A stretch of DNA of 64,000 nucleotides, taken from assembly GCA_002269645.1 (NCBI GenBank), contig NIVC01000293.1:186001-250000 (forward strand), written 5' to 3'. The DNA comes from Macrostomum lignano (lineage: Eukaryota). Positions 1 through 12,575 of this stretch are shown in pieces. How positions within the stretch are numbered: position 1 is the first letter of the stretch; each line of letters begins with the position of its first letter. A model generated the notes under the pieces. It ran no database searches and was not told the origin of the DNA. It saw only the letters and a list, made by a program, of their open reading frames with translations. Made by a program: the position numbers and the translations under genes.

Positions 1-149
1 TCTAGTATGGGATACATTTTAGCAAACTAGCAAACATTTTAGCATCTTATGACCTTTGTGAGGGCTTTTAAGAGGTTGTGGATGCATTATCAAGTTTAAT
101 ATTTATATGCATTCCGGTCTTGATGTGCATCTTTTGCTGAGGTTATTTG

Positions 150-3100
150 GGGGCTTTAGCACCAGGGGCTTTAGCACCAGGGACTTTAGCACCAGGGGCT
201 TTAGCACCAGGGACTTTAGCACCAGGGGCGCGAGCACCAGGGGCGCCAGCACCAGGGGCGCCAGCACCAGGGGCGCCAGCACCAGGGGCTTTAGCACCAG
301 GGACTTTAGCACCAGGGACTTTAGCACCAGGGGCTTTAGCACAAGGGGCTTTAGCACCAGGGACTTTAGCACCAGGGGCTTTAGCACCAGGGACTTTAGC
401 ACCAGGGACTTTAGCACCAGGGGCTTTAGCACCAGGGGCTTCAGCACCAGGGACTTTAGCACCAGGGGCTTTAGCACCAGGGGCTTTAGCACCAGAGACT
501 TTAGCACCAGGGACTTTAGCACCAGGGACTTTAGCACCAGGGACTTTAGCACCAGGGACTTTAGCACCAGGGGCTTTAGCACCAGGGACTTTAGCACCAG
601 GGGCTTTAGCACCAGGGGCTTTAGCACCAGGGACTTTAGCACCAGGGACTTTAGCACCAGGGGCTTTAGCACCAGGGACTTTAGCACCAGGGGCTTTAGC
701 ACCAGGGGCTTTAGCACCAGGGACTTTAGCACCAGGGGCTTTAGCACCAGGGACTTTAGCACCAGGGACTTTAGCACCAGGGGCTTTAGCACCAGGGGCT
801 TTAGCACCAGGGACTTTAGCACCAGGGGCTTTAGCACCAGGGACTTTAGCACCAGGGACTTTAGCACCAGGGCTTTAGCACCAGGGGCTTTAGCACCAGG
901 GACTTTAGCACCAGGGACTTTAGCACCAGGGGCTTTAGCACCAGGGACTTTAGCACCAGGGACTTTAGCACCAGGGGCTTTAGCACCAGGGACTTTAGCA
1001 CCAGGGACTTTAGCACCAGGGGCTTTAGCACCAGGGGCTTTAGCACCAGGGACTTTAGCACCAGGGGCTTTAGCACCAGGGACTTTAGCACCAGGGGCTT
1101 TAGCACCAGGGGCTTTAGCACCAGGGGCTTTAGCACCAGGGACTTTAGCACCAGGGACTTTAGCACCAGGGACTTTAGCACCAGGGGCTTTAGCACCAGG
1201 GGCTTTAGCACCAGGGGCTTTAGCACCAGGGACTTTAGCACCAGGGACTTTAGCACCAGGGGCTTTAGCACCAGGGACTTTAGCACCAGGGGCGCGAGCA
1301 CCAGGGGCGCCAGCACCAGGGGCGCCAGCACCAGGGGCGCCAGCACCAGGGGCGCCAGCACCAGGGGCGCCAGCACCAGGGGCGCCAGCACCAGGGGCGC
1401 CAGCACCAGGGGCGCCAGCACCAGGGGCGCCAGCACCAGGGGCGCCAGCACCAGGGGCGCCAGCACCAGGGGCGCCAGCACCAGGGGCGCCAGCACCAGG
1501 GGCGCCAGCACCAGGGGCGCCAGCACCAGGGGCGCCAGCACCAGGGGCGCCAGCACCAGGGGCGCCAGCACCAGGGGCGCCAGCACCAGGGGCGCCAGCA
1601 CCAGGGGCGCCAGCACCAGGGACTTTAGCACCAGGGACTTTAGCACCAGGGGCTTTAGCACCAGGGGCTTCAGCACCAGGGACTTTAGCACCAGGGGCTT
1701 TAGCACCAGGGGCTTTAGCACCAGAGACTTTAGCACCAGGGACTTTAGCACCAGGGACTTTAGCACCAGGGACTTTAGCACCAGGGACTTTAGCACCAGG
1801 GGCTTTAGCACCAGGGACTTTAGCACCAGGGGCTTTAGCACCAGGGGCTTTAGCACCAGGGACTTTAGCACCAGGGACTTTAGCACCAGGGGCTTTAGCA
1901 CCAGGGACTTTAGCACCAGGGGCTTTAGCACCAGGGGCTTTAGCACCAGGGACTTTAGCACCAGGGGCTTTAGCACCAGGGACTTTAGCACCAGGGACTT
2001 TAGCACCAGGGGCTTTAGCACCAGGGGCTTTAGCACCAGGGACTTTAGCACCAGGGGCTTTAGCACCAGGGACTTTAGCACCAGGGACTTTAGCACCAGG
2101 GGCTTTAGCACCAGGGGCTTTAGCACCAGGGACTTTAGCACCAGGGACTTTAGCACCAGGGGCTTTAGCACCAGGGACTTTAGCACCAGGGACTTTAGCA
2201 CCAGGGGCTTTAGCACCAGGGACTTTAGCACCAGGGACTTTAGCACCAGGGGCTTTAGCACCAGGGGCTTTAGCACCAGGGACTTTAGCACCAGGGGCTT
2301 TAGCACCAGGGACTTTAGCACCAGGGGCTTTAGCACCAGGGGCTTTAGCACCAGGGGCTTTAGCACCAGGGACTTTAGCACCAGGGACTTTAGCACCAGG
2401 GACTTTAGCACCAGGGGCTTTAGCACCAGGGGCTTTAGCACCAGGGGCTTTAGCACCAGGGACTTTAGCACCAGGGGCTTTAGCACCAGGGGCTTTAGCA
2501 CCAGGGACTTTAGCACCAGGGGCGCGAGCACCAGGGGCGCCAGCACCAGGGGCGCCAGCACCAGGGGCGCCAGCACCAGGGGCGCCAGCACCAGGGGCGC
2601 CAGCACCAGGGGCGCCAGCACCAGGGGCGCCAGCACCAGGGGCGCCAGCACCAGGGGCGCCAGCACCAGGGGCGCCAGCACCAGGGGCGCCAGCACCAGG
2701 GGCGCCAGCACCAGGGGCGCCAGCACCAGGGGCGCCAGCACCAGGGGCGCCAGCACCAGGGGCGCCAGCACCAGGGGCGCCAGCACCAGGGGCGCCAGCA
2801 CCAGGGGCGCCAGCACCAGGGGCGCCAGCACCAGGGGCGCCAGCACCAGGGGCGCCAGCACCAGGGGCGCCAGCACCAGGGGCGCCAGCACCAGGGGCGC
2901 CAGCACCAGGGGCGCCAGCACCAGGGGCGCCAGCACCAGGGGCTTTAGCACCAGGGGCGCCAGCACCAGGGGCGCCAGCACCAGGGGCGCCAGCACCAGG
3001 GGCGCCAGCACCAGGGGCGCCAGCACCAGGGGCGCCAGCACCAGGGGCGCCAGCACCAAGGACGCCAGCACCAGGGGCGCCAGCACCAGGGGCGCCAGCA

Positions 3101-3548
3101 CCAAGGACGCCAGCACCAGGGGCGCCAGCACCAGGGGCGCCAGCACCAGGGGCGCCAGCACCAGGGGCGCCAGCACCAGGGGCGCCAGCACCAGGGGCGC
3201 CAGCACCAGGGGCGCCAGCACCAGGGGCGCCAGCACCAGGGGCGCCAGCACCAGGGGCGCCAGCACCAGGGGCGCCAGCACCAGGGGCGCCAGCACCAGG
3301 GGCGCCAGCACCAGGGGCGCCAGCACCAGGGGCGCCAGCACCAGGGGCGCCAGCACCAGGGGCGCCAGCACCAGGGGCGCCAGCACCAGGGGCGCCAGCA
3401 CCAGGGGCGCCAGCACCAGGGGCGCCAGCACCAGGGGCGCCAGCACCAGGGGCGCCAGCACCAGGGGCGCCAGCACCAGGGGCGCCAGCACCAAGGACGC
3501 CAGCACCAGGGGCGCCAGCACCAGGGGCGCCAGCACCAGGGGCTTTAG
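150..3548. repeat. 15-bp minisatellite array (GGGGCTTTAGCACCA / GGGACTTTAGCACCA / GGGGCGCCAGCACCA) in an intron of the CNBD gene
   Basis: Directly visible 15-bp period with three unit variants in blocks. Accounts for ORFs 103..3552, 107..3592, 147..878 and 861..3581. Confidence 0.99.
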
Positions 3549-3588
3549 CCAACCTACTTCAAACCACACGCTTACACTCACTACTCAC

Positions 3589-6500
3589 CTAAAGTAGGCA
3601 AACATGCACACTTTCGGATTGTCGTATGGCAGCTGGTCAATCGGCCAGCCATTTAGGGTTGGTATCTCGCGAAGGAAGCTGATATGCTCTGGCTCGTCCT
3701 CGGATTCCAGATTCATAAATATGTCGATAAAGTCTTCGCGACTCACGGCGAGCAGTTCCACCTCGTCTTTGCAATAAACGGTTGCGCTGCGTTTTCCGCC
3801 GTAGAGAAGCGCCAGCTCCTGGTTGATTTGCGTCAGGTTTTACGTTGATGCAGCTGTCTGCGATCTAAGCTGAGAAATTTTTACATCTATCTGAGATCTA
3901 TCCAAGATCTATCTAAGATGTATATGGGATCGATCTACAATCTCTTTGAGAAATCTTGAAGATATATCGATTTTATGCTGGGGGGGGGACAAAGTACATG
4001 TACTTTCAACATGTACATGTACATGAGTAAGTTCCTAAATTCCTAAATTCCAGTATTTTGAGAATCGGTGTTGTCTGCGCTCATTTTGGCGTCGCAGGCA
4101 CTCATCTTAGCGCTGCAGGCACTCATTTTAGCGCCGCAGGCACTCATCATAGCGCCGCAGGCACTCATCATAGCGACACAGGCACTCATCTTAGCGCCGC
4201 AGGCACTCATTTTAGCGCCGCAGGTACTCATCTTAGCGCCGCAGCCACTCATCATAGCGCCGCAGCAGGAACTCATCATAGCGCCGCAGGCACTCATCTT
4301 AGCGCCGCAGGCACTCATTTTAGCGCCGCAGGCACTCATTTTAGCGCCGCAGGCACTCATCTTAGCGCCGCAGGCACTCATCTTAGCGCCGCAGGCACTC
4401 ATCTTAGCGCCGCAGCCACTCATCATAGCGCCGCAGCAGGAACTCATCATAGCGCCGCAGGCACTCATCTTAGCGCCGCAGGCACTCATCTTAGCGCCGC
4501 AGCCACTCATCATAGCGCCGCAGCAGGAACTCATCATAGCGCCGCAGGCACTCATCTTAGCGCCGCAGGCACTCATTTTAGCGCCGCAGGCACTCATCTT
4601 AGCGCCGCAGGCACTCATTTTAGCGCCGCAGGCACTCATTTTAGCGCCACAGGCACTCATTTTAGCGCCGCAGGCACTCATTTTAGCGCCACAGGCACTC
4701 ATTTTAGCGCCGCAGGCACTCATTTTAGCGCCACAGGCACTCATCTTAGCGCCGCAGGCACTCATCTTAGCGCCGCAGCCACTTTTTTGGCGCCCTGAAG
4801 ATAAATCATTGATTTTCATAACGGGTCACAAGGTGGAATGGGGTGGACAAAGCATAGGCATGTCCCCCATAGCTTTTACTGGGGGGACACTTGTCCCCTG
4901 TCCTCCCGGTGGCAACACGCCCCGGCTAAAATCTATTTAAATGTATGAAAATCTATCTAAGATCTATCCTAAATCTATTTACGATGCATGTAAGATGTGT
5001 CCAAAAACTAGCAAAAACGACTTACGCCGAAACTTTCGCCTTTTCTAAGAAATGCCACAGTTTTATTGAACGGTTCGCCTGTTGGCTTCTTGAGAGCGAC
5101 AGACACCGCGGCTGAAATATTTTATTTATTAATATCGGTTGCTGTGGAAACACAAAACATTAAATTCGAGCTTATTATCAAATAAACTTACTCGTTCCGG
5201 ATATTATGAAATAAAAGTTAAGAGCGTTGTGTCCTTGACGAATGATGACCTGATTTGCGTTGAACCTGCAAGTAGGGGAAGTTCGAATTTTTTGTGCAAC
5301 CGACAGCTCAGCCGCAGCTATTGCCCGGTGCATCTGAAGGCTGCGTACGGCTGTTCAGTCCAAGGACTGGGGAGGGGGGGGGGTCGCCACACGCACCCTC
5401 AATTACCCCAGCTAATGCTGGCACCCATTTTACAACTGGGTGAACTGAAGCAGTGCAGAGTTAAGTGACCTGCTTGAGGACACAAATTTGTTGTGGATGT
5501 ACATGTAATGTAACTCCGGTCTTAATGCGCATTTTTTGCTAGGTTCTTCACATGGGCTTTAGCACCAGAGGCTTTAGCACCAGGGGAGCCAGCAGCCCAG
5601 CACTAGGGGCTTTAGCACCAAGGGCTTTAGCACCAGGGGCTTTAGCACCAGGGGCTTTAGCACCAGGGGCTTTAGCACCAGGGGCTTTAGCACCAGGGGC
5701 TTTAGCACCAGGGGCTTTAGCACCAGGGGCTTTAGCACCAGGGGCTTTAGCACCAGGGACTTCAGCACCAGGGGCTTGTTCCAGGGATATTGTTCCAGTG
5801 GGGTTGGGAGTCCGACGCTCTAACCACTTGGCTGCAACCCCCTAGGCTTCTGAAGCACTAATAAAAATGAACGAAAATGAAACTCACTTCTCATACCAGC
5901 CCACCTTGACTAGGGACTGCTTCATATTGGTTGGAAACTCCGAGAATGCTTCAACTGCAGTCTGCAGACTGACCATGGCGGTGTGCAGCATCTCCTTGGT
6001 GCGCAGGAACGGATGCAGACGGAGAATCTCCTGAGCCTCGGGGCTGAGCGTCATCTCTTTCTTGGCCTTGTAGTAGGACAGCTGGAAGTTCAGCTCATCG
6101 CTTTGGGAGTCTTGGGCCAAGCTGCTGGCGATGTCTGAGAATGTCATCATGCGCTGTTGGTTCTTGCGAGTCTGCTCTCTGCAAAGATGTTTAGTTCCAA
6201 TTGAAATTCGCCCTATTTATGAGTGCCTAGCAACCAGTTTTGTCTGATCAGTTCTATATTCGCCAAATTTTTTTCACGGAAAGTCAAGACAAGGTTGAGA
6301 CGAATTAACAAATAGGCAGATACAACATGTAGGTAAAATTTACTGATTCATATCCAGGGGCGTCGCCATGGATTTTATGGTGGGGGACTAAGCCAAGAAT
6401 TCTACATGTACATGACTAAATTTCTACATGTACATTATTTTCTGAATCGGTGTTGTCGGCGATCATTTTAGCGCCGCAGGAACTCATTTTAGCGCCGCAG

Positions 6501-8500
6501 GTACTCATTTTAGCGCCGCAGGCACTCATTTTAGCGCCGCAGGCACTCATTTTAGCTCCGCAGGCACTCATTTTGGCTCCGCAGGCACTCATTTTAGCAC
6601 CGCAGGCACTCATTTTAGCGCCGCAGGTACTCATTTTAGCGCCGCAGGCACTCATTTTAGCACCGCAGGCACTCATTTTGGCTCCGCAGGCACTCATTTT
6701 AGCACCGCAGGCACTCATTTTAGCGCTGCAGGCACTCATTTTAGCGCCGCAGGCACTCATTTTAGCGCCGCAGGCACTCATTTTAGCACCGCAGGCACTC
6801 ATTTTAGCGCCGCTGGCACTCATTTTAGCACCGCAGGCACTCATTTTAGCACCGCAGGCACCCATTTTAGCGCCGCTGGCACTCATTTTAGCACCGCAGG
6901 CACTCATTTTAGCACCGCAGGCACTCATTTTAGCGCCGCAGGCACTCATTTTAGCACCGCAGGCACTCATTTTAGCACCGCAGGCACCCATTTTAGCGCC
7001 GCTGGCACTCATTTTAGCACCGCAGGCACCCATTTTAGCGCCGCTGGCACTCATTTTAGCACCGCAGGCACTCATTTTAGCACCGCAGGCACTCATTTTA
7101 GCACCGCAGGCACCCATTTTAGCGCCGCTGGCACTCATTTTAGCACCGCAGGCACTCATTTTAGCGCCGCAGGCACTCATAAGAGAATACCATCATGGTC
7201 ACTGATCTACTCACTCCTTTGTTGTGCAAGCCTTGATGAGAAGGTTCACCGTCTTCACTGCTCGTCGCATCCGGTTCAGCGGCTGCAGAAAAGAGCAAAT
7301 GCCGAATTTCAAACTGCTACGCGGATTCAGAATCGCTGTGCAACAAAAACTTACCGTCATGTTTTTGTACTTCTTCTTGTGCTGGTGCAGCTGCTTGGCC
7401 GCCTGTCGGAGCGACTCGCGCGACAAGTCGATTGGCGCGCCGAAGGCAGGAGCTCCAACATCGGCAGCGGAGTCTTGCCCGACTTCCTCTTCCTCATCTG
7501 GAGCCGGTTTGTCTTTCTCGCCCAGGAAGGAGAAAGTGGAAATCTCCGTGCCCTCATTGTCCTCGATTTTCCTTGTGAAATCCGCCATCGCCATCTTCAG
7601 CCCCGGCTTCTTGCCGCCGGCCGGACCTGCCGCCGCCTGCGGCTTCTCAACGCCCGCTCGCTGCGCGGTGACCATCTCTAAGCAGCTGCGGCAGCTGGAG
7701 CCGGAGTCCGAGTCTTCGGCGCCTTCATCCGTTGCCGCTGGTTTGCTCTCGGCTGCTTCAGCAGTGGGGGATGCCGCACTCGACTGCGGCTGGTCGGAGT
7801 TTCTGCGAGCTGCCGCTTTCTCGCTGGCGCTGACTTCGTCGCCGCTGTCAAGATCCTCGTCGCCGAATGAGGACCCGGAGATGTTGCCGCCGACGCCGCC
7901 ACCTGTCACCGTCAGCAGCTGCATGCCGGTCGCGGAGCCCCTGGCTGCCGATGCGTTCGCCGTCTGCATTCTCAGTCGAGCTCTGGCGCTCTTGGCCTGG
8001 AAGTTTCGCGCTGCCCGGGCCGCCAGGATGCGCTGAAACTCCAGAGCCGACTGCGGACGCTGCTGCTGCAGAGGTCGCTGGAAGAACGGAGCCTCGGCCT
8101 CGGCTGTGGCCGCTCGCACCCGCTCGAGGCGTTGCAGCGTCTCCGAGCTGGTGACGAGTCGCGAGAACAGGCGTCCCTCGACGACACGCGCGCTCTGAGC
8201 CCGCTCGCGCGGGTCGCTCGGCTTGCCGTCTTCGTTGTAGAAAATGGCCGGCGTCTCAGTTCTCGCAGCAGATGATGACGGCAGAAGAGGCGACTCTGCT
8301 CCGGACAATGTCGTGCGATGAACCAAAGCGGTGCGCGGCCGCCTCCTGCGAGTCTCGCCAGCTCCAACCAGATGATAGTCTTCATTGCCGCTGTCGTCGC
8401 TGCTAGAAACTCTGTTTGGTTTTGCTTGGCGGCGTTTCACAAACAGGCGTCGTTCGACGTGTCTTGGCCGACGAGTGGCCCGCGTTGCGATGGCGCTCAT
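3589..8500 (-). CDS. Cyclic nucleotide-binding domain protein (CNBD2-like), 3' end outside the window. Exons: 7355..8500, 7215..7282, 5888..6178, 5192..5265, 5026..5111, 3589..3818
   Basis: All junctions are GT-AG with matching phases. The spliced peptide reads WYEK|FNANQVIIRQGHNALNFYFIISGT|TAVSVALKKPTGEPFNKTVAFLRKGESFG|ELALLYGGKRSATV, a canonical cNMP-binding barrel (IIRQG, GESFGELALL, RSATV). Long low-complexity N-terminal exon; the start codon at 8500 is tentative. Confidence 0.88.
4076..4792. repeat. 21-bp minisatellite (GCGCCGCAGGCACTCATTTTA) in CNBD intron
   Basis: Visible 21-bp period with occasional 24-bp variants. Same family as 6458..7177. Confidence 0.97.
5289..5843 (-). mobile_element. 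Probable CORE-type tRNA-derived SINE interrupted by a 15-bp minisatellite element
   Basis: Minus strand: tRNA-like head GGGGGTTGCAGCCAAGTGGTTAGAGCGTCGGACTCC from about 5843; segment TGTGTCCTCAAGCAGGTCACTTAACTCTGCACTGCTTCAGTTCACCCAGTTGTAAAATGGG (about 5490-5420) resembling the MIR/CORE consensus as I recall it; A6 run at 5289-5294. No clear B box. Confidence 0.6.
5553..5777. repeat. 15-bp minisatellite (GGGGCTTTAGCACCA), second copy of the family
   Basis: Same unit as 150..3548, preceded by a similar unique flank. Confidence 0.95.
6458..7177. repeat. 21-bp minisatellite (GC[G/A]CCGCAGGCACTCATTTTA) in CNBD intron
   Basis: Visible 21-bp period. The flank GAATCGGTGTTGTC is shared with the 4076 array. 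Confidence 0.97.
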
Positions 8501-9420
8501 TGCGGCTTGTTGTTGCTAGAGAGAGCAGAGCCAGGTATTGTAGACAACAGCTCCTAAAAAGCTCGTTGCCTGACCATCTTTTTATTAATCTCTCTATACG
8601 TTGCCTACTCATGCCCCAACCCTTCCCTCTCCATCGCTTCGGTCTCAATTGCTTGTGCTGCTGTCTGTGGCTGTCTAAAATGCAACAAATGTTTTTCTGT
8701 TATTGTCTCTTTTCTTCTCTCCGGTAATTTTCTTGTGCGCAAGTAAGCGATCTAAATACTCGTAGCTTTGCTCCTTTAGACTGTGCCGGCAAGCCCGGGT
8801 TTACCTCAATTTCCAACCCCTCTCTGCTCGGTGCTTTTTTCTAAATAGAAATTAACCAACTCAACCCGTACTCAACTTCGAAGCACCGGCGGCGGAGTGA
8901 TGTGGCGCTCACTATTCTAGCATTCCTAAAGCGTAGCAACGAGATGAATATGTTAGTATGAGCCTATATTGTCTCACTATTGCCATGCATTTGCTGAAAA
9001 ACATCTCCATTTTACTACTTCAATAACCCTTTGAAAAGTAGTATAATGAAAAAACGTTTTTAGCTACGATTCTACTAAAACTAATTATAACTGCATGCGT
9101 TGTCAATGGCAATCGCTGCACCTGCTTTCAATTTAATTGCTGCTGGCTTCCAGAAGCAGAGGGGACAGAGACAGCAATGTCACTTCAGCTGGCCTGACTC
9201 ATGAGAGTTTCTCAGAGAATTTTATTTTACTCATAGTAAATGTCATAGGAACTCACTCATAGGAAAAGTTCCTTATTGAGCTGGGCCAGAAATGTCTGTC
9301 TAATCTATAGATTGACAGGTGCAAAATTCAGGAAATTAGTCTGACCCTTCTGATAATTCTTACACGTACCTTAAATGTCAGTGAACACATAATGCTACAT
9401 GTTATTCCTGTCCCATCCAT

Positions 9421-9708
9421 CAGTGGGTACCTGACTCCCCAACACTCAGTGGGTACCTGACTCCCCAACACTCAGTGGGTACCTGACTCCCCAACACTCA
9501 GTGGGTACCTGACTCCCCAACACTCAGTGGGTACCTGACTCCACAACACTCAGTGGGTACCTGACTCCCCAACACTCAGTGGGTACCTGCTGACTCCCAA
9601 CTCTCAGTGGGTACCTGCTGACTCCCAACTCTCAGTGGGTACCTGACTCTCAACTCTCAGTGGGTACCTGACTCTCAACCCTCAGTGCGTACCTGACTTC
9701 CAGTGACA
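9421..9708. repeat. 26-bp minisatellite (CAGTGGGTACCTGACTCCCCAACACT)
   Basis: About 11 visible tandem copies, intergenic. Confidence 0.95.
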
Positions 9709-10084
9709 CCTCTACAGTAACCTTCCTTGCTCACCAAAGAAGGTTGCAATGCATTTGAAAATTTATTAACCTCAATATAAAATCATGGGATTTAGCTCAC
9801 TCTATATCTTTCTGTCTATGTGTAACCCTGAAACTCAAAAAAATCAAAATAGACTTTGTAAATCAAACACACAGATAGCTGTCCATTAAGCGTTCCCCAG
9901 GGGCTTAAAGGGCTTGACTTTTTCACCATTCTGTAGTTGGGCATTTCCGCATTAACCACTCACTACAACTAAGTAATTTTAGACTCAATTATATATATAG
10001 CTAGACATAGTCTTGATCTGTAGCTTGAATCGGTTCTCAAAGACAGTCTAACCTGGCAGATTTTACAGGTCTCTCTAAACAGAC

Positions 10085-11799
10085 ATGACACTTCCTCGAA
10101 GGCGATGCAGCAGGGCCTCTCGAGCCAGTCTTCGCAGCGCCGCAAAGGCCGCGGCAATGGCGCTGAACACCACTGCGGCGTTCTTTGCCGTGGTGGTTCT
10201 GTCAGCTGGTGCCCTGGTTGGCAGCTCGGATCCCAGCACAGTGACGGCGCACATCTGGACGAAGGTGAAGCAGCTGCCGAAGTGAGTTGACTGGGAGTGA
10301 GCACAGGTGACAACTCGGGTTTAAGAAGCTCCAGAGAGTGACAACTCGGGTTTAAGAAGCTCCGGAGAGTGACAACTTGGGTTTAAGAAGCTCCGGAGAG
10401 TGACAACTCTGGTTTAAGAAGCTCCAGAGTGTGACAACTCTGGTTTAAGAAGCTCCAGAGAGTGACAACTCGGTTTGAGAAGCTTCAGAGAGTGACAACT
10501 CGGGTTTAAGAAGCTCCGGAGAGTGACAACTCGGTTTAAGAAGCTTCAGAGAGTGACAACTCGGGTTTAAGAAGCTCCGGAGAGTGACAACTCGGGTTTA
10601 AGAAGCTTCAGAGAGTGACAACTCGGTTTAAGAAGCTTCAGAGAGTGCCAACTTGGGTTTAAGAGGCTCCAGAGTGTTTCAACTCGGGTTTAAGAGGCTC
10701 CAGAGAGTGACAACTCTGGTTTAAGAAGCTCCAGAGTGTGACAACTCTGGTTTAAGAAGCTCCAGAGAGTGACAACTCGGTTTGAGAAGCTTCAGAGAGT
10801 GACAACTCGGGTTTAAGAAGCTCCGGAGAGTGACAACTCGGTTTAAGAAGCTTCAGAGAGTGACAACTCGGGTTTAAGAAGCTCCGGAGAGTGACAACTC
10901 GGGTTCAAGAAGCTTCAGAGAGTGACAACTCGGTTTAAGAAGCTTCAGAGAGTGAAAACTCGGTTTGAGAAGCTGAGGAAGTGACTAAGCAAGGGTTCAA
11001 GACTCTGGGAGTACCGATTTGGGTTTTAAAAACTCAGTTGGATGAGTTATTAAAATGTTCAAAAATTTCCGCTAAAAGCCTCCATTAAACGAATCCCTTC
11101 ATCACACCAAGATACTCGGTCTACAGCGGACTGCACTTCACCGCCGACACAGCCTATCACACCTGCTTCTCCCTGCCGGCCAACAGCCTCGCCCTATTGG
11201 GCTTTGGCGGCCTCGTGCTGTCCTGCTCGGCGGTGACCGCGGCCGCTTGCGGAAGTCGTCGAGCTCTGCAAGCTCACTCGCTGGCCTCAGCTGTCTGCCT
11301 ACTGGCTCTGCTGGGCCTTCTCGTTGCTTTATTCGCCACAGACTTGCAGAGTCGAGCTCGGAGCAGCTTGCAAATCGAGGTGCTCAGTTGGACAGCCGCT
11401 TACACGGCTGGCGGATCGTCTGCAGTCGTCAACTCCACGACCGCGCCATTCGGCAGCGCCCTGCTGGACTATCTGCAGATGACTCAGAAGTGCTGCGGGT
11501 GGACCAACCATTCAGACTATCCAGCTAGCGTTGTTGTGCCCGTTACCTGCTGCCAGCTCGATCCGGACCTGATGATACCTACTACGGTTGCCTGTCAGCT
11601 CGGCACCAATTCTACTCACGGCTGGTACAATACCGGCTGCAGTAAGCTGTTTGACGATCTGCTGGTTCGGTACCTACCGCAGGCGGTCGCCGCTGCCGCC
11701 ATGCTGCTGATATCCTCGTTGCTGGTGGGCCTCATGGCCTGCCTGACGGTGGCTAGTCGGGACTTTGTGCGAGAGCTTCGCGAGGCGGCACTGGAGTGA
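10085..11799 (+). CDS. Tetraspanin-family protein. Exons 10085 (or ATG 10157)..10281 and 11112..11799
   Basis: GTGAGT donor after 10281 and AAG acceptor before 11112 join in frame. Four hydrophobic segments; large extracellular loop with CCG (QKCCGW), PVTCC and a terminal GC before TM4. Confidence 0.88.
10305..10975. repeat. ~31-bp minisatellite (GTGACAACTCGGGTTTAAGAAGCTCCAGAGA) in tetraspanin intron
   Basis: Visible tandem period of 30-31 bp filling most of the intron. Confidence 0.96.
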
Positions 11800-11989
11800 A
11801 AAGGACTGTCCAGTTACAGACACAGATGCTGCAGATGGAGACGGAGCATCCACTTGGTGCGAGTAGCGGAACCCAGACTTATGTAAATGCTGAACTGCAG
11901 TGAACGACTCATTGTAGATTTATAGGTGATAGCGTCACTGCGTGACTAATTGTTGATGACCAGGTAATCATGTGTCTTATTATAGATCA

Positions 11990-12575
11990 CATGTGATCGT
12001 GCACATTGTGAATCACATGTGATCACGTGACTCATCGTGGATCACATAGGATCGTGCGTGACTCATTGTGGATCACATAGGATCGTGCATGACTCATTGT
12101 GGATCACATAGGATCGTGCGTGACTCATTGTGGATCACATAGGATCGTGCGTGACTCATTGTGGATCACATAGGATCGTGCGTGACTCATTGTAGATCAC
12201 ATAGGATCGTGCGTGACTCATTGTGGATCACATAGGATCGTGCGTGACTCATTGTGGATCACATAGGATCGTGCGTGACTCATTGTGGATCACATAGGAT
12301 CGTGCGTGACTCATTGTGGATCACATAGGATCGTGCATGACTCATTGTGGATCACATAGGATCGTGCGTGACTCATTGTGGATCACATAGGATCGTTGTG
12401 GCTCATTGTGGATCACATAGGATCGTGCGTGACTCATTGTAAATCACAGGTGATCATGTGACTCATTATTGGTCACAGCTAGAGGATCGTGACAAATTGT
12501 GAATCATAGGTGATCATATGGCTCATTGTGGATCACATGTGATCGTGTGTGACTCATTGTGGATCACATGTGGAT
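11990..12575. repeat. 31-bp minisatellite (GACTCATTGTGGATCACATAGGATCGTGCGT)
   Basis: Visible tandem copies with degenerate ends, between the tetraspanin and BHMT 3' ends. Confidence 0.96.

Noticed and set aside
103-3592. Elastin/collagen-like giant ORFs (GAGAP, GAPAP, LVLKP, STRDF repeats)
   Set aside because: They arise because a stop-free 15-bp unit is open in several frames on both strands. The array lies in an intron behind a canonical donor at 3588.
4043-7205. ACGAKMS / APQALIL repeat ORFs
   Set aside because: Translations of the 21-bp intronic arrays; open on both strands.
9190-9289. Short imperfect inverted repeat CTGGCCTGACTCA...TGAGCTGGGCCAG, and a TTAA-flanked segment at about 52156-52319
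   Set aside because: Possible tiny MITEs, but single copies with short, mismatched termini are too weak to call without a genome-wide search.
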